Positions 18,160 through 28,291 of a stretch of 64,000 nucleotides of DNA are shown here, piece after piece. Within the stretch, counting starts at the first letter, position 1; each line of letters begins with the position of its first letter. The notes beneath the pieces were generated by a model that made no database searches, was not told the DNA's origin, and saw nothing but the letters and a program-made list of their open reading frames with translations. The stretch is from a virus (lineage: Duplodnaviria; Caudoviricetes), in IMG/VR virus record IMGVR_UViG_3300029258_002326, positions 32,001-96,000 of that record. One strand, given 5' to 3'. The translations under genes were made by a program, and so were the position numbers.

Positions 18160-18813
18160 TTGGCGACGATTGAGGGAAATGCGTTTGAGATTCAAAGACG
18201 TTCGGTTATGTACAACCAGAACACGTCGATGTCTGCTGCCCAGGGCGGCGGAACTCTCGGATACAACGGAGATCCCAACCTAGTACCAGTCCCTCCTCTT
18301 GGAACTTCAGGGGAGCAGTTAATCTACAACTGTGCGATGGGGTCGGCGTATCAGCATTCAGACGGCACGATATACGACAAGACAGAGCGGCCAAATACGT
18401 GGGTGGTACGCATACAGGCTGGTGAGCCGAGTCTTACCGGGTACGTGGACGTGGCTTGTCTAACGACGGACGTTGTTGGGTCTCCGGTGTCGATACGGGA
18501 GGCTCCGATTAATGGGAAGTGGAGGGTCCAGACAGCGGATCCTACTGATTTCACGAAGATGCCGTCTTTAGGGGTGTTAATCTCTAAATCTACCCCTACG
18601 GTCGGCGTGGCAAAAATACTTGGTGTGTGTGATGTATTCACAGGTCTTACGCCTGGCGTTAATTACATGGTTGGAACAAGCGGGGGCCTTTTAGAAGAGG
18701 TTCCGATTTCGTCTCCGACCGGAGTGTTCTGGGGCCAACATCTCGGTGTGGCAGTAAGCGAGAGCATTTTGATGCTAGGAGGAAATGTGAATATGATTGG
18801 ATATAGTGTATGA
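18160..18813 (+). CDS. Putative capsid decoration/fibre-anchor protein
   Basis: N-terminus paralogous to ORF 59816; C-terminal domain G.PV..AD...GV..GLTPG..Y..G..G.L..GVA resembles capsid cement domains. Confidence 0.55.
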   Translation: MATIEGNAFEIQRRSVMYNQNTSMSAAQGGGTLGYNGDPNLVPVPPLGTSGEQLIYNCAMGSAYQHSDGTIYDKTERPNTWVVRIQAGEPSLTGYVDVACLTTDVVGSPVSIREAPINGKWRVQTADPTDFTKMPSLGVLISKSTPTVGVAKILGVCDVFTGLTPGVNYMVGTSGGLLEEVPISSPTGVFWGQHLGVAVSESILMLGGNVNMIGYSV

Positions 18814-18856
18814 TTAATGAAAGTTGAAAGAGATGACTGATGAAGGAGATGGAACG

Positions 18857-19363
18857 ATGAGCAAGGGTAAGAACAAAGAGGAAATGGTAAAGGCGGGAAA
18901 AGTTGAGGATCTGAGAGTCTTCAAGTTGATGTATTTAGAGAAGAGCGTTAGCGAGACGAAGCTCATGGCGGAGCTGAAAAGGCGTGCCTTTAATGACCAG
19001 ATTGAGCAGCTTAAGATCGAGAGACAGTCTCAGGCGAAGGGGTTCGAGCTTCGCGCAAAAGCCTTAGCCGATGAGATTCTTCAGATTCGTAAGATGTTCG
19101 AGGAAGAGTACGAGATTAGCCTAGCGGAGTGGGGGTATGACGACGCAACAGGAGTGCTAGTTCCTCTTAGCCATGAGGTCCTTGAGAGGATCCATTCTCA
19201 GAGAGCGTTGCAGAAGGATATTGATGTTGAGAAATCTGAGGAGAAAAAGAAGAGAGTGAGAAAGAAACGGAAGCTCAAGCTACCGGTGGGCGATTCTGCT
19301 CCAGCCGAAGTCGAGAGCAAAGAAGGCGAACAGAAGCCTCCGACTGCTACAGCGGAGGCTTAG
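18857..19363 (+). CDS. Hypothetical coiled-coil protein (possible fibre chaperone)
   Basis: ATG follows AAGGAG; charged helical sequence. Confidence 0.5.
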   Translation: MSKGKNKEEMVKAGKVEDLRVFKLMYLEKSVSETKLMAELKRRAFNDQIEQLKIERQSQAKGFELRAKALADEILQIRKMFEEEYEISLAEWGYDDATGVLVPLSHEVLERIHSQRALQKDIDVEKSEEKKKRVRKKRKLKLPVGDSAPAEVESKEGEQKPPTATAEA

Positions 19364-19394
19364 TTCGGCGCTAGAAGCGTCAGGAGGTTAGGCT

Positions 19395-21248
19395 ATGGCT
19401 ACTAGGAAGTTCCTTTATGGTGGTGCTAACGGATACCCGCGTGAAGCGGATCCAGCGGACGACATTCAACTAGGTGGACTGGAGATGTCTGGCGGCATCG
19501 ACATGAACACCAACAAAGTCACTGAGCTGGCTGCTGCTACAGCTTCTGGTGATGCGCTCTCTTTTGGACAGTCTGGCGCTGAGCTAAGCGGGCTGTCTAT
19601 CACGACTTCAGCTCTTGACATGAACTCGCAGCAGATTACCAATCTAGCTGATGGTACTGTCAGTCATCACGCGGTCAATCTTTCTCAAATGGAAGATGCG
19701 ATCACATTGGGTAGAACTTGGAAAGAGTTTCTTCTTTATTCCCGTCAGCTAAACAATGCACAAGGTGTATTGGGAGCTTCGGCATTGTACATGTCGGCTA
19801 ATCCGGTAGCTGGCGATACAATCACAATCACGAACGGGACAGTAACCAGAACGTACGGCGCGACTTCTGGTGGCGATGCTCAGTACACAATTGGTGCAAC
19901 TCCAGCCGACACGATGGCAAATCTTGCAGCAGCAATCGAAGCTGACGGGTCTGCATGGGTGTCGAATTTCGACACTGATCTGGACGCAATCAACTCCGCT
20001 GGTGTTGTTGTTATTATGGAGTCGACTACAAGCGCTGGTGATTCTGAGGTTTATGGTACGTGGGCAACGCCTGCCAGCATTCAGCTTGTTGATTTCACGG
20101 ATGAGACCGACTACACGAAGAAGACTTCGTCGAATCTTCCTGGGTCTGCTCCTGGCGCTACAAACTTCGGTATTCGCAGGACACAAGCAAACCTCATCGC
20201 TGGTGAGGTTCACTATGTAGAGAATAACGACAGGTTGTACGGTTGGGATGACGATGCCGACGAGTGGAATGCTCTGTCTGGTAGCGTTTCTATCCCTGAT
20301 GCGACTGCTGCATCTGGTGGTGGGATTAAGGGTAAAATCACAGTAGACAGTGATTTTGGTCTTGCCGTAAATACCGGTATCTTGACTATAGATCTCGCAT
20401 CCAACAGAGGTCTTGGTTTTAGTTCTGGTGAACTTGAAGTCGTAGAGAATACCGCCGCAGGTATCGAAGTCACATCTTCTGGTATCGGGATTGACCTCGC
20501 AGCATCTACTCCAGCTCTGTCATTCGATGGCAGTGGTGATCTGCAAGTAGACGTTGATACCACAGCTGGTATCGAGAAGACAGCCAATGGTGTTGCGATT
20601 GACCTCGCGGCAACCACTCCTGCTCTTGGATTTGACGGATCAGGTGATCTCGAAGTCACTGTCGTGTCGACAGGCGGCGTAGAGAAAGCGGCTGGTGGGC
20701 TCCAAATCAAAATTGACGATACGCCAGACACCTTGGACGTTGATGGCGACGGCCTTAAAGTTGTCGGTGTTCCTTCGTTGTTCAAAGTTGGTGGCACTGC
20801 TGTCAGTGCGAACGTTACTGCCCCTAACCTCGACACCTTGACAGGTGGCGGTGTTACCACGCTGCATAGTCATGCTGGTTCCGACGAGGCGACTCGTGTA
20901 GAGAACGCTTTCACAGCAGGCGAGAACGTCACGATTGGTGATCCAGTTTATCTGGATGCAACCAACAACCAAGTGGCCAAAGCAGATGCTGGCGACGACA
21001 GCAAGTACGAGACAATTGGTGTTGCCAAAGCGACCATCAGTTCCGGCAATCCAGTCGAAGTTATTACTCTAGGACCAGCTAATGTGCTTACGGGTGCGAC
21101 TGCTGGAGCGAGGTATTACCTCGATGATACTGGCGGAATGACAACTACTATTCCAACTGGCCAGAAATGGGTTGTTGTTATAGGGTTTGCTGTTGACGCC
21201 GATACGCTGTTTGTGATGCCAAGGGTACTCCACAAGCAATTCGCGTAG
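19395..21248 (+). CDS. Head fibre/decoration protein with beta-spiral-like repeats
   Basis: IDLAAxTPALxFDGSGDL and GIExTxxGxxI repeats, a C-terminal capsid-cement-like domain, GGAGG RBS and its own terminator. Confidence 0.65.
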   Translation: MATRKFLYGGANGYPREADPADDIQLGGLEMSGGIDMNTNKVTELAAATASGDALSFGQSGAELSGLSITTSALDMNSQQITNLADGTVSHHAVNLSQMEDAITLGRTWKEFLLYSRQLNNAQGVLGASALYMSANPVAGDTITITNGTVTRTYGATSGGDAQYTIGATPADTMANLAAAIEADGSAWVSNFDTDLDAINSAGVVVIMESTTSAGDSEVYGTWATPASIQLVDFTDETDYTKKTSSNLPGSAPGATNFGIRRTQANLIAGEVHYVENNDRLYGWDDDADEWNALSGSVSIPDATAASGGGIKGKITVDSDFGLAVNTGILTIDLASNRGLGFSSGELEVVENTAAGIEVTSSGIGIDLAASTPALSFDGSGDLQVDVDTTAGIEKTANGVAIDLAATTPALGFDGSGDLEVTVVSTGGVEKAAGGLQIKIDDTPDTLDVDGDGLKVVGVPSLFKVGGTAVSANVTAPNLDTLTGGGVTTLHSHAGSDEATRVENAFTAGENVTIGDPVYLDATNNQVAKADAGDDSKYETIGVAKATISSGNPVEVITLGPANVLTGATAGARYYLDDTGGMTTTIPTGQKWVVVIGFAVDADTLFVMPRVLHKQFA

Positions 21249-21264
21249 TTCTAGTGTTGTTCTT

Positions 21265-21294
21265 GTCTGGGGGTCATCGGCCCCCAGGCTTTTT
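21265..21294 (+). terminator. Intrinsic terminator
   Basis: GTCTGGGGGTC-ATC-GGCCCCCAGGC followed by TTTTT. Confidence 0.85.
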
Positions 21295-21314
21295 CTTCTT
21301 TGAGAGGTCTTCGT

Positions 21315-22667
21315 ATGGCGTTAGACAGGGTCAGAGTACTGAAGATCGAGAATCCGTCGACTGGTGGCACGCAGACTGACATTTACCAGACAATGATACG
21401 TCCAGAAGAGGACGCGATTGATGTTCGCGGCGTAGTCATTCAAAATGACACGTCAAACGATGAGACGGTTCTGGTTTCAAGAGATGCGTCAGACAACATG
21501 ACGTTTCAAGACGGACAAGTTGCAGGTGTAAAGACTTTGGACGACCTGCTCTCGGCAGGCGGTGATGACGACGATCAAGTGAAGGACAATGTTCCCGTTG
21601 GGGAGACATTCATTGTTAAGGAAGAGCATCAGCATATTACCTATGATGAGTTTACCGTTGCCGGAGAATATTTGGTAAACGGTGAAGCAGTTGTACTGGG
21701 AGGGTATGAAGAAGGTGGAGGGCTTGCAGAACACGCACTTGGTGGGATGTACCACACGGAGTCTACTCTAGCGCAGTTGAACGCTCTAGTTTCCGACGCA
21801 ACCTTGGACACTTCGTCTGCCAGTAGGACGCCGAATGCGCACTCAAGTTCCCATGAGAATGGCAATTCTGATGAAATAAGTGTAGCTGGGTTATCGGGAA
21901 CGCTTGCAGATGATCAACCTCCTGTCGCGCACGCGCTGGGTGGTTCGAAGCATACGTCGGCAACCCTGGCGCAATTGAATGCACTTGTTTCGGATGCAAC
22001 TTTGGACACTTCGTCTGCTAGCAGAACACCGAGTTCGCATGCCAGTTCCCATCAGGCTGCCGGTGGAGACGCAATTAAATTAGATGATTTGGCGAGTCCT
22101 GACGACAACACGGATTTGAATGCCACAACATCTGCGCATGGGCTCTTGCTCAAGCTAGGCGGCGGAATAAGTAATTTTTTGCGAGCGGATGGGACGTGGG
22201 CACCGCCTACTGCAACACCATCGTTTACTGTGTTTAGTGGTTATGACAGCGCTGGAGGGACGGCCATTGCAGCTACGTGGATTGATGTGCCTCTTGATAC
22301 GGAGAATAAAAAAACAAATGGATTTACTCACTCTACGGTGACTAGTCCGGCAGAAGTGACTATCGATGCAACGGGCACGTATAGGATTGATGTTCAAGTT
22401 TCATCTTACATTACGTCAGGAAATGATCGAAGCGAGACAACGATTAGAGTTCTTGTCGACAGTGGAAGCGGTTTTTCTGAAATAGATGGGACTAGGGCAA
22501 TTATCTATAATCGCATAGACCCTGAAGGGGGAGGGACGGCTTCTGTTTCACTCATTAAGGATTTTACTGAGGATGATATTATCAAGGTGCAAGCGATTAG
22601 GAGTGGTGGGACAAGTACCATCAATCTGTTAGCTGATGGCTCAAGGGTTGTTATAGAAAAAAGGTGA
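21315..22667 (+). CDS. Fibre protein with His-motif repeats and a C1q/BclA-like C-terminal domain
   Basis: HxxSH repeats, duplicated TLAQLNALVSDATLDTSSASRTP, C-terminal VTIDATGTYRIDVQV...DIIKVQ. Confidence 0.65.
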   Translation: MALDRVRVLKIENPSTGGTQTDIYQTMIRPEEDAIDVRGVVIQNDTSNDETVLVSRDASDNMTFQDGQVAGVKTLDDLLSAGGDDDDQVKDNVPVGETFIVKEEHQHITYDEFTVAGEYLVNGEAVVLGGYEEGGGLAEHALGGMYHTESTLAQLNALVSDATLDTSSASRTPNAHSSSHENGNSDEISVAGLSGTLADDQPPVAHALGGSKHTSATLAQLNALVSDATLDTSSASRTPSSHASSHQAAGGDAIKLDDLASPDDNTDLNATTSAHGLLLKLGGGISNFLRADGTWAPPTATPSFTVFSGYDSAGGTAIAATWIDVPLDTENKKTNGFTHSTVTSPAEVTIDATGTYRIDVQVSSYITSGNDRSETTIRVLVDSGSGFSEIDGTRAIIYNRIDPEGGGTASVSLIKDFTEDDIIKVQAIRSGGTSTINLLADGSRVVIEKR

Positions 22668-22671
22668 GCTG

Positions 22672-24531
22672 ATGGGACGATTAGTTTTTGAGCATCAAGA
22701 CACGCAAGACTCTCCTGCATCTGGAGCGACGGCTATTTATGTCAAGACAGATGGCGCAGTGTACAAAAAAGACTCGGATGGGAATGAGTCAGGCATAGCG
22801 GAAGCATCTGCTCCTCTCGCTCACGTTGAAACGCACCTTGTTGGTGGAGATGACGCGTTGCCTGAGTCATCGGCGTCTGTGCCTGGCCTGTTGTGTTGTT
22901 CTGACAAAACGAAATTGGACACTGTCGCAGCCAATGCTGATGTCACAGCGTCTAATGCTCCGAAGGCCCACGCTGCTAGTCATGTGTCCGGATCTAGCGA
23001 TGCAATCAAGCTCGATGACTTAGCAGCACCGGACGACAACACCGACTTGGACGCCTCTACTTCGAAGCATGGTTTGTTGAAAAAACTCGGAGGCGGAACG
23101 AGCAACTTTTTGCGAGCTGATGGGACATGGGCGGCCCCTCCTGGCGGTGGAGGTGAGAATGACAAGGTTGGAGTCGACTCGGGTGCAACTGCTGGTTACT
23201 TGGGTGCAGCATCTAATGATGGCGTACTGCGTGTCGGTTCGCAGCTTAGCTATGTAGATGGGGGAGACCACGTTACGCTGGATGTAGCTGAGGCTAATAT
23301 CAAACTGGACGATCTTGGAGCCCCAGATGATAACACTGATCTGAATGCCTCTACTTCTAAGCACGGTTTGCTTCCCAAATTAGGGGGTGGAACGTCGAAT
23401 TTTTTGCGAGCGGATGGGACGTGGGCACCGCCTGCTGGAGGGAGCAGTGGGCCATCTGAGCTTGTATATGACCGCGTTCGAGGAGAAAGCTGGACCCCCA
23501 CATGGGCACAGCTTGATTCTGCTGGGGATATGATAGTTGTAAATTCTAGGCTTATTTCGGATAACTTTGTAGGCAATGCGACGGTGGCGCAGATTAATGC
23601 AATGTCTCCTGTGCAAAACCAAGCTTATGTAGTGACTGATTCAGGAACGATCGGATTCAACAGTGTGACACCAGGTGCTGTTGTTGTGTACATGGGCATT
23701 TTTTGGATAATGGCGACTAGTGGGGTTGAAGGCTATGTTGAGTCAGGGGCTAGGCTGAGACTCTCCACAACCATAGCACTGGTAAGCCCCTACACAGATG
23801 GCACGGACGATGGGAAGTTTATGTCTTTTGATGGGACCAGCTTAACTGGTTCAGAGGCCACAGAAGACATCACAATCTCGTTGCCTTACTCTGGTGATTT
23901 AGAAGACTCTGACCGTTACCGTGGACCTATTGTTGTTCAGCGATTGGGATATGCGTCTTCGACAGAGGGCAAAATAATTGTACGCCCAGCCTCTCCTTAT
24001 GTATTCAGGGATGGCTTGGACGCTGTGCATTTGTTGCGAGACTATGAATCGGTGTCTCTAATTGCATCTCCAGAACTTGGCTGGAGCAGGACCACTAAGC
24101 TGGAGAACGTGTTTCAGGCGATCAGAGCTGCTACGTGGGCGCATACAAATTTTCAAACGGCGGCTGGGATCCCGTGGGACACTACTGCGGAGGCTGGATC
24201 TACTGAGATCATGGAGATAGACAGTACCAACACGAACAGGATAAACATCCTGCACAGTGGATGGTACGAGATAAGTACGTTTGCACAGGTGAATTCAACA
24301 ATTGTTGGTCTTGCATATACGGTTGACTCTTATTTAAGGGTGAATGGGACGACCGAGCTTACAGAAAGCAGGGTCCAGATTGTGAACTGGGAGGATGAGA
24401 ACATGTATACGTCTCATTCGTCGTATGTGGCATTTCTTGGTTCTAATACATATATAGAACTTATGTTTTGGAATTCGCAATTGGCTGGTAGCATTGATCA
24501 TGCAAGAATGACGCTGAGGAGCCTTTATTAG
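22672..24531 (+). CDS. Fibre protein with a C1q-like C-terminal domain
   Basis: Two IKLDDLxxPDDNTDLxASTSKHGLL..NFLRADGTW repeats; paralogous to ORF 24543. Confidence 0.65.
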   Translation: MGRLVFEHQDTQDSPASGATAIYVKTDGAVYKKDSDGNESGIAEASAPLAHVETHLVGGDDALPESSASVPGLLCCSDKTKLDTVAANADVTASNAPKAHAASHVSGSSDAIKLDDLAAPDDNTDLDASTSKHGLLKKLGGGTSNFLRADGTWAAPPGGGGENDKVGVDSGATAGYLGAASNDGVLRVGSQLSYVDGGDHVTLDVAEANIKLDDLGAPDDNTDLNASTSKHGLLPKLGGGTSNFLRADGTWAPPAGGSSGPSELVYDRVRGESWTPTWAQLDSAGDMIVVNSRLISDNFVGNATVAQINAMSPVQNQAYVVTDSGTIGFNSVTPGAVVVYMGIFWIMATSGVEGYVESGARLRLSTTIALVSPYTDGTDDGKFMSFDGTSLTGSEATEDITISLPYSGDLEDSDRYRGPIVVQRLGYASSTEGKIIVRPASPYVFRDGLDAVHLLRDYESVSLIASPELGWSRTTKLENVFQAIRAATWAHTNFQTAAGIPWDTTAEAGSTEIMEIDSTNTNRINILHSGWYEISTFAQVNSTIVGLAYTVDSYLRVNGTTELTESRVQIVNWEDENMYTSHSSYVAFLGSNTYIELMFWNSQLAGSIDHARMTLRSLY

Positions 24532-24542
24532 GAGGGTCTACG

Positions 24543-26099
24543 ATGGGCAGAATAACTGTAAAAGAAGAGAATACGCAGACCACTCCGCCGACTGGTTACA
24601 ACAAGCTTTATCCCAAAGAGGACAGTAAGTGGTATTTCAAGAATGACGCTGGGACTGAGACAGCACTTGTGACTGGTGACCATGCTGCAACGCACAAGGG
24701 TGGTGGATCCGATGAAATTGACGCTGTTACGACTGGCGTCAATGGCTTGATGTCTAGCGCTGATAAAACTAAGCTGAACGGCATCGCAACTGGTGCTGAC
24801 GTGACAGCATCAAATGCTCCGCAGGCGCATAAGGCGTCCCATGAAAACGGCAGCGGAGACGAGATAAGCGTTGCTGGATTGAGCGGGGTCTTGGCCGATG
24901 AACAGGACGCAGGTGCTATTAAGGGTTTCGATGTAGTTCTGACAGATCCAGCACGGCGTCATCCGATCGTGTATGACGAGGTAAATAACGAATGGGTCAA
25001 TGAGTCTTTGTACGCTGTTGCGTATGGAACGGTAATAATTGCAGATTGGTCCCCTAGTTGGGACGACATGAAAGAGTTCTACAAGTTTATTCCTGTCAAC
25101 ACTAAACCAGCCGTAACTTCGCACGTAGGTAACGGGACTGTTTCCTATTTGAATGGAATAACGGGAGTAACAGGTGACACGTACACTGTAACCGATGCTG
25201 GTACTTTAACTGCTGGTTCTCTGGCAGTTACGTCTGGCCATGTTGTCATGTGGTACATTGCGCAATGGATCAGCATTATGCCGCCAACAGATGTTGGGAA
25301 TGTTGTTGGCGGATTGATGGTCCAGCTGTCTACGACAACTGCTCTGATTAGCCCTTACACAGACGGGACCGACGATGGGAAGCTGATTGGTTTTCAGAAC
25401 GACGGGCTCGTTGGAGTGGAAACCAGTCAAGACATTACTATAACGCTGCCAGACCCTGCTGGTCTTCCGTATAATGATGGGTCACTTAAGGGGATGTTTT
25501 ACGTCGGCAAGCTGAGTGACGGAGGTTCAGTTACTGTTGTTTGTGATGGCGTTGAGGGCAAGTACTTGGATGGGCTTGAAAGCGTTCTACTGACTCAACA
25601 AATGCAGCAAACGACGCTTGCTGTTTCAAATGCTTCGTTGGCTAAGATTTGGATGCGTATTTCGGCTTTGCCCGATTATTTGCAAGTTCGACGGGCAGCT
25701 ACGTGGGCAGCTACAAACTTTTCATCGCCCACTGGGTTGCCGTGGGACACAATAGACGAAGCTGGGAACCCGGATGTTTCAGAATGGGACACGCCTACAA
25801 ATACATCCAGGATTTATGCTCGATACAAAAAGAACTACCAAATTGGTGGAACAATAAATATCGACACAACGGGCGGTTCAACTTGGATTTTTGAGTGCTG
25901 GTTGAGAAAAAACGGAACAACAGAGGTTCCTGGTTCGAGGGTGAGGACAGGCAACTACCAGGGCGAGGACATGGCCGTTTCTTTGTTTGGTATCGAGGTT
26001 TTGTTGGAGGTTGACGATTACATTGAGTGGATGTGTGAACACACGAGTTTGACTGGCCAGGTTTATAGCGCGACTCTAACCATGTCGACGGTTTACTAG
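24543..26099 (+). CDS. Fibre protein with a C1q-like C-terminal domain
   Basis: Shares LSTTxALxSPYTDGTDDGK and RAATWAxTNF with the upstream ORF. Confidence 0.65.
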   Translation: MGRITVKEENTQTTPPTGYNKLYPKEDSKWYFKNDAGTETALVTGDHAATHKGGGSDEIDAVTTGVNGLMSSADKTKLNGIATGADVTASNAPQAHKASHENGSGDEISVAGLSGVLADEQDAGAIKGFDVVLTDPARRHPIVYDEVNNEWVNESLYAVAYGTVIIADWSPSWDDMKEFYKFIPVNTKPAVTSHVGNGTVSYLNGITGVTGDTYTVTDAGTLTAGSLAVTSGHVVMWYIAQWISIMPPTDVGNVVGGLMVQLSTTTALISPYTDGTDDGKLIGFQNDGLVGVETSQDITITLPDPAGLPYNDGSLKGMFYVGKLSDGGSVTVVCDGVEGKYLDGLESVLLTQQMQQTTLAVSNASLAKIWMRISALPDYLQVRRAATWAATNFSSPTGLPWDTIDEAGNPDVSEWDTPTNTSRIYARYKKNYQIGGTINIDTTGGSTWIFECWLRKNGTTEVPGSRVRTGNYQGEDMAVSLFGIEVLLEVDDYIEWMCEHTSLTGQVYSATLTMSTVY

Positions 26100-26108
26100 G
26101 AGGCACGA

Positions 26109-26594
26109 ATGAGTATGAAACAAATCATGGGGCTTCCTGGTAAGCCGGATCAAGGTTATCTGAAGTTCTTACATGATCGGTCCAGCGTGATGGCTGGATT
26201 GTCATGGATAGACATCTCTTATCATCCAGGGGAAAACTGGATAAAAATATGGTACGGCGAGGAACTGACAGGGGCACAGGAGGCTGAGCTTGAAGCCTTG
26301 GTCTCTGCATGCCAGATCTCAAGCAAGTTCAAGCTACAGGAGGGTGAGGAGTATTTTGAGCACAAGGCGGGGAATAAGCGCGGATCGAAACACCGATCTC
26401 GCGTTAAGTTTAGGAGTGCTTTTGCGTCTGAGCCGACTATAGAGATTTTTAATGCAGAGCTAACCGGACTTGCAAATATGGAGCTTGTAAAGACAACTCT
26501 TAATGGGTTTAATTTTTTAGTTGAAGCTAATGGCTCTCGCAAGGGAGACGCCATCACAACGATGCAATTTCAATGGAGAGCGTGGACGACATGA
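26109..26594 (+). CDS. Hypothetical structural protein
   Basis: GGAGG RBS; C-terminal VKFRSAFASEPTI...TTLNGF..QWRA resembles fibre C-terminal beta domains. Confidence 0.5.
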   Translation: MSMKQIMGLPGKPDQGYLKFLHDRSSVMAGLSWIDISYHPGENWIKIWYGEELTGAQEAELEALVSACQISSKFKLQEGEEYFEHKAGNKRGSKHRSRVKFRSAFASEPTIEIFNAELTGLANMELVKTTLNGFNFLVEANGSRKGDAITTMQFQWRAWTT

Positions 26595-27184
26595 GCTTGA
26601 GTTTTGGAACACAGAAAAACGGGTTGTCAGTTGAGTGCATTCAAGACTCGATTGGCGTGCATGATTTTGCAGATGAGGGTTCTTGGATTAACGGTACGGC
26701 TGACAGTTCGTGGGTTCTAGACCCATCCGATGAAAATGCGCCATCTGATTACAAGGACAAAGTCGTCAAGATTACTGGCATGCAACTTGATCTTGCAGAA
26801 GATGTTGATATGCCTTCGGGTTCTGAGCTTTTGGTGGAGTTTTACGGGTATATTCCGCAAGACGGCTACACAACGGAAATGAAGCTAAAGACAGTCACGT
26901 ACGCGACTATGAAAGATTGGATTTCACGAGCGCACACGAAGACGCCTGTGAAAAACGAGTCAGGTGCAGTTGGTGACTACACTCAGTATGATATTTCGTT
27001 TCCGATACCGCCAACGTTTTGGTCAACAAAAGGGCTTGACGCTGCTGGCGGTCTGAAGCTTACGAAGATGGTGATTCGAATTGCAGACAACGCTCCATAC
27101 AAAAAGAAGTCGAATGTGGCAGAGAACGCAACAATCGCGAAGCCTCGTTATTTTGTTGAGATCTACGAGGATCCAGATCTATGA
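26591..27184 (+). CDS. Hypothetical protein
   Basis: ATGA-coupled ORF in the operon. Confidence 0.5.
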   Translation: MSLSFGTQKNGLSVECIQDSIGVHDFADEGSWINGTADSSWVLDPSDENAPSDYKDKVVKITGMQLDLAEDVDMPSGSELLVEFYGYIPQDGYTTEMKLKTVTYATMKDWISRAHTKTPVKNESGAVGDYTQYDISFPIPPTFWSTKGLDAAGGLKLTKMVIRIADNAPYKKKSNVAENATIAKPRYFVEIYEDPDL

Positions 27185-27714
27185 GTAATAGAGTCTTGAT
27201 AGTTCTGGCAAGGTCCAACTCTTGGTATGCGCCATTGATTCGCGCTGTCACTGATACTTGGTTCAATCATGTTTTTGTGGTGTACCAGGACAAGGGTTTT
27301 GAGGAGTGGATGGCGCTGGACATTCTAGAGGATGGCCCGGTTATTCTTCCGGTGGATCGGGCAATGAAGCGTTACCAGCGGATCGAATGCTGGGAGTACA
27401 AGGGAGATCTGTGGGAAGGCATACGTCTATCAGGAGGGGACCTTGGCGGAGGGTACGACTGGCTCGGACTATTTACTTCGATCATCAAGCTGCTGCTTTT
27501 CAAGATTCTACGTATCAAGAGGCTTAAGCCTATTCATTGGGCCTCTAGGTATATGTGCTTTGAGTGGGTGTTGACAGTGATGAAACGGGCAGGGGTTCCC
27601 GGAGGGGAGAACCTGGATCCGGTGATAGTCCCTCCTGCTCAGTTTTGCAATTTCGTGGAAAGGCACGGCGACTTTTTGAAGGTCAACCCTCCGAAGGACG
27701 TGTGGGACAACTAG
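27181..27714 (+). CDS. Permuted papain-like (YiiX/NlpC-P60-related) enzyme
   Basis: WFNHVFV (His) ... GYDW ... YMCFEWV (Cys) in the permuted order. Confidence 0.7.
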   Translation: MSNRVLIVLARSNSWYAPLIRAVTDTWFNHVFVVYQDKGFEEWMALDILEDGPVILPVDRAMKRYQRIECWEYKGDLWEGIRLSGGDLGGGYDWLGLFTSIIKLLLFKILRIKRLKPIHWASRYMCFEWVLTVMKRAGVPGGENLDPVIVPPAQFCNFVERHGDFLKVNPPKDVWDN

Positions 27715-27820
27715 CACGTCTGGGTGGTGGTGCGTCCGCTGCTCAAGTTGAATAACTAGAGGGCGGGTTAGATATATGCAATAATGTTCCTGGGTATGAC
27801 ACCGCCTACGGAGGCAAATA

Positions 27821-28291
27821 GTGGTAAAATTACAGAATGTGTCCCAGGTGGAACTTCAGGTCGTCGCCCAAGAGTTAGATGGGACCCCTAAGACGAATAT
27901 AACGACAGCCTTTGTTCGGGTTTACCATATAGTATCAGGCGTTGAGACAGAGGTCCTGGCCTCGACGGCGCTGGCTCAGGTAGGGACGAGCAGTACGTTT
28001 CGGTATACCTGGGCAACCACGGTGTCTCCGGGAACGTATTTCGCTGAATACACGCTAACCGATGTGAACTCGAAGCAGAGCACCACGGTTGAAGACGTGG
28101 ATGTTTTGGATTTGGCGGTCAAGGCAGACATCGATACCATTCGGATTATCGAGTCTGGGCGCTGGCGCATATTGAATAATCAGATGGTTTTTTATGCAGA
28201 GGATGGATTGACACCTTTCATGACTTTCGATCTGTTCGACGAGAACGGGCTCCCGTCATCCATAGATGTCTCTGAGAGGAGACCTGTTTGA
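27821..28291 (+). CDS. Hypothetical structural protein (Ig-like N-part)
   Basis: GTG start after GGAGG; GRWRI..NQMVFY.EDG.T motif. Confidence 0.55.
   Translation: MVKLQNVSQVELQVVAQELDGTPKTNITTAFVRVYHIVSGVETEVLASTALAQVGTSSTFRYTWATTVSPGTYFAEYTLTDVNSKQSTTVEDVDVLDLAVKADIDTIRIIESGRWRILNNQMVFYAEDGLTPFMTFDLFDENGLPSSIDVSERRPV

Noticed and set aside
22173-23433. Repeats in fibre genes as DGR template/variable repeats
   Set aside because: No reverse transcriptase is present and differences are not adenine-specific; they are ordinary coding repeats.
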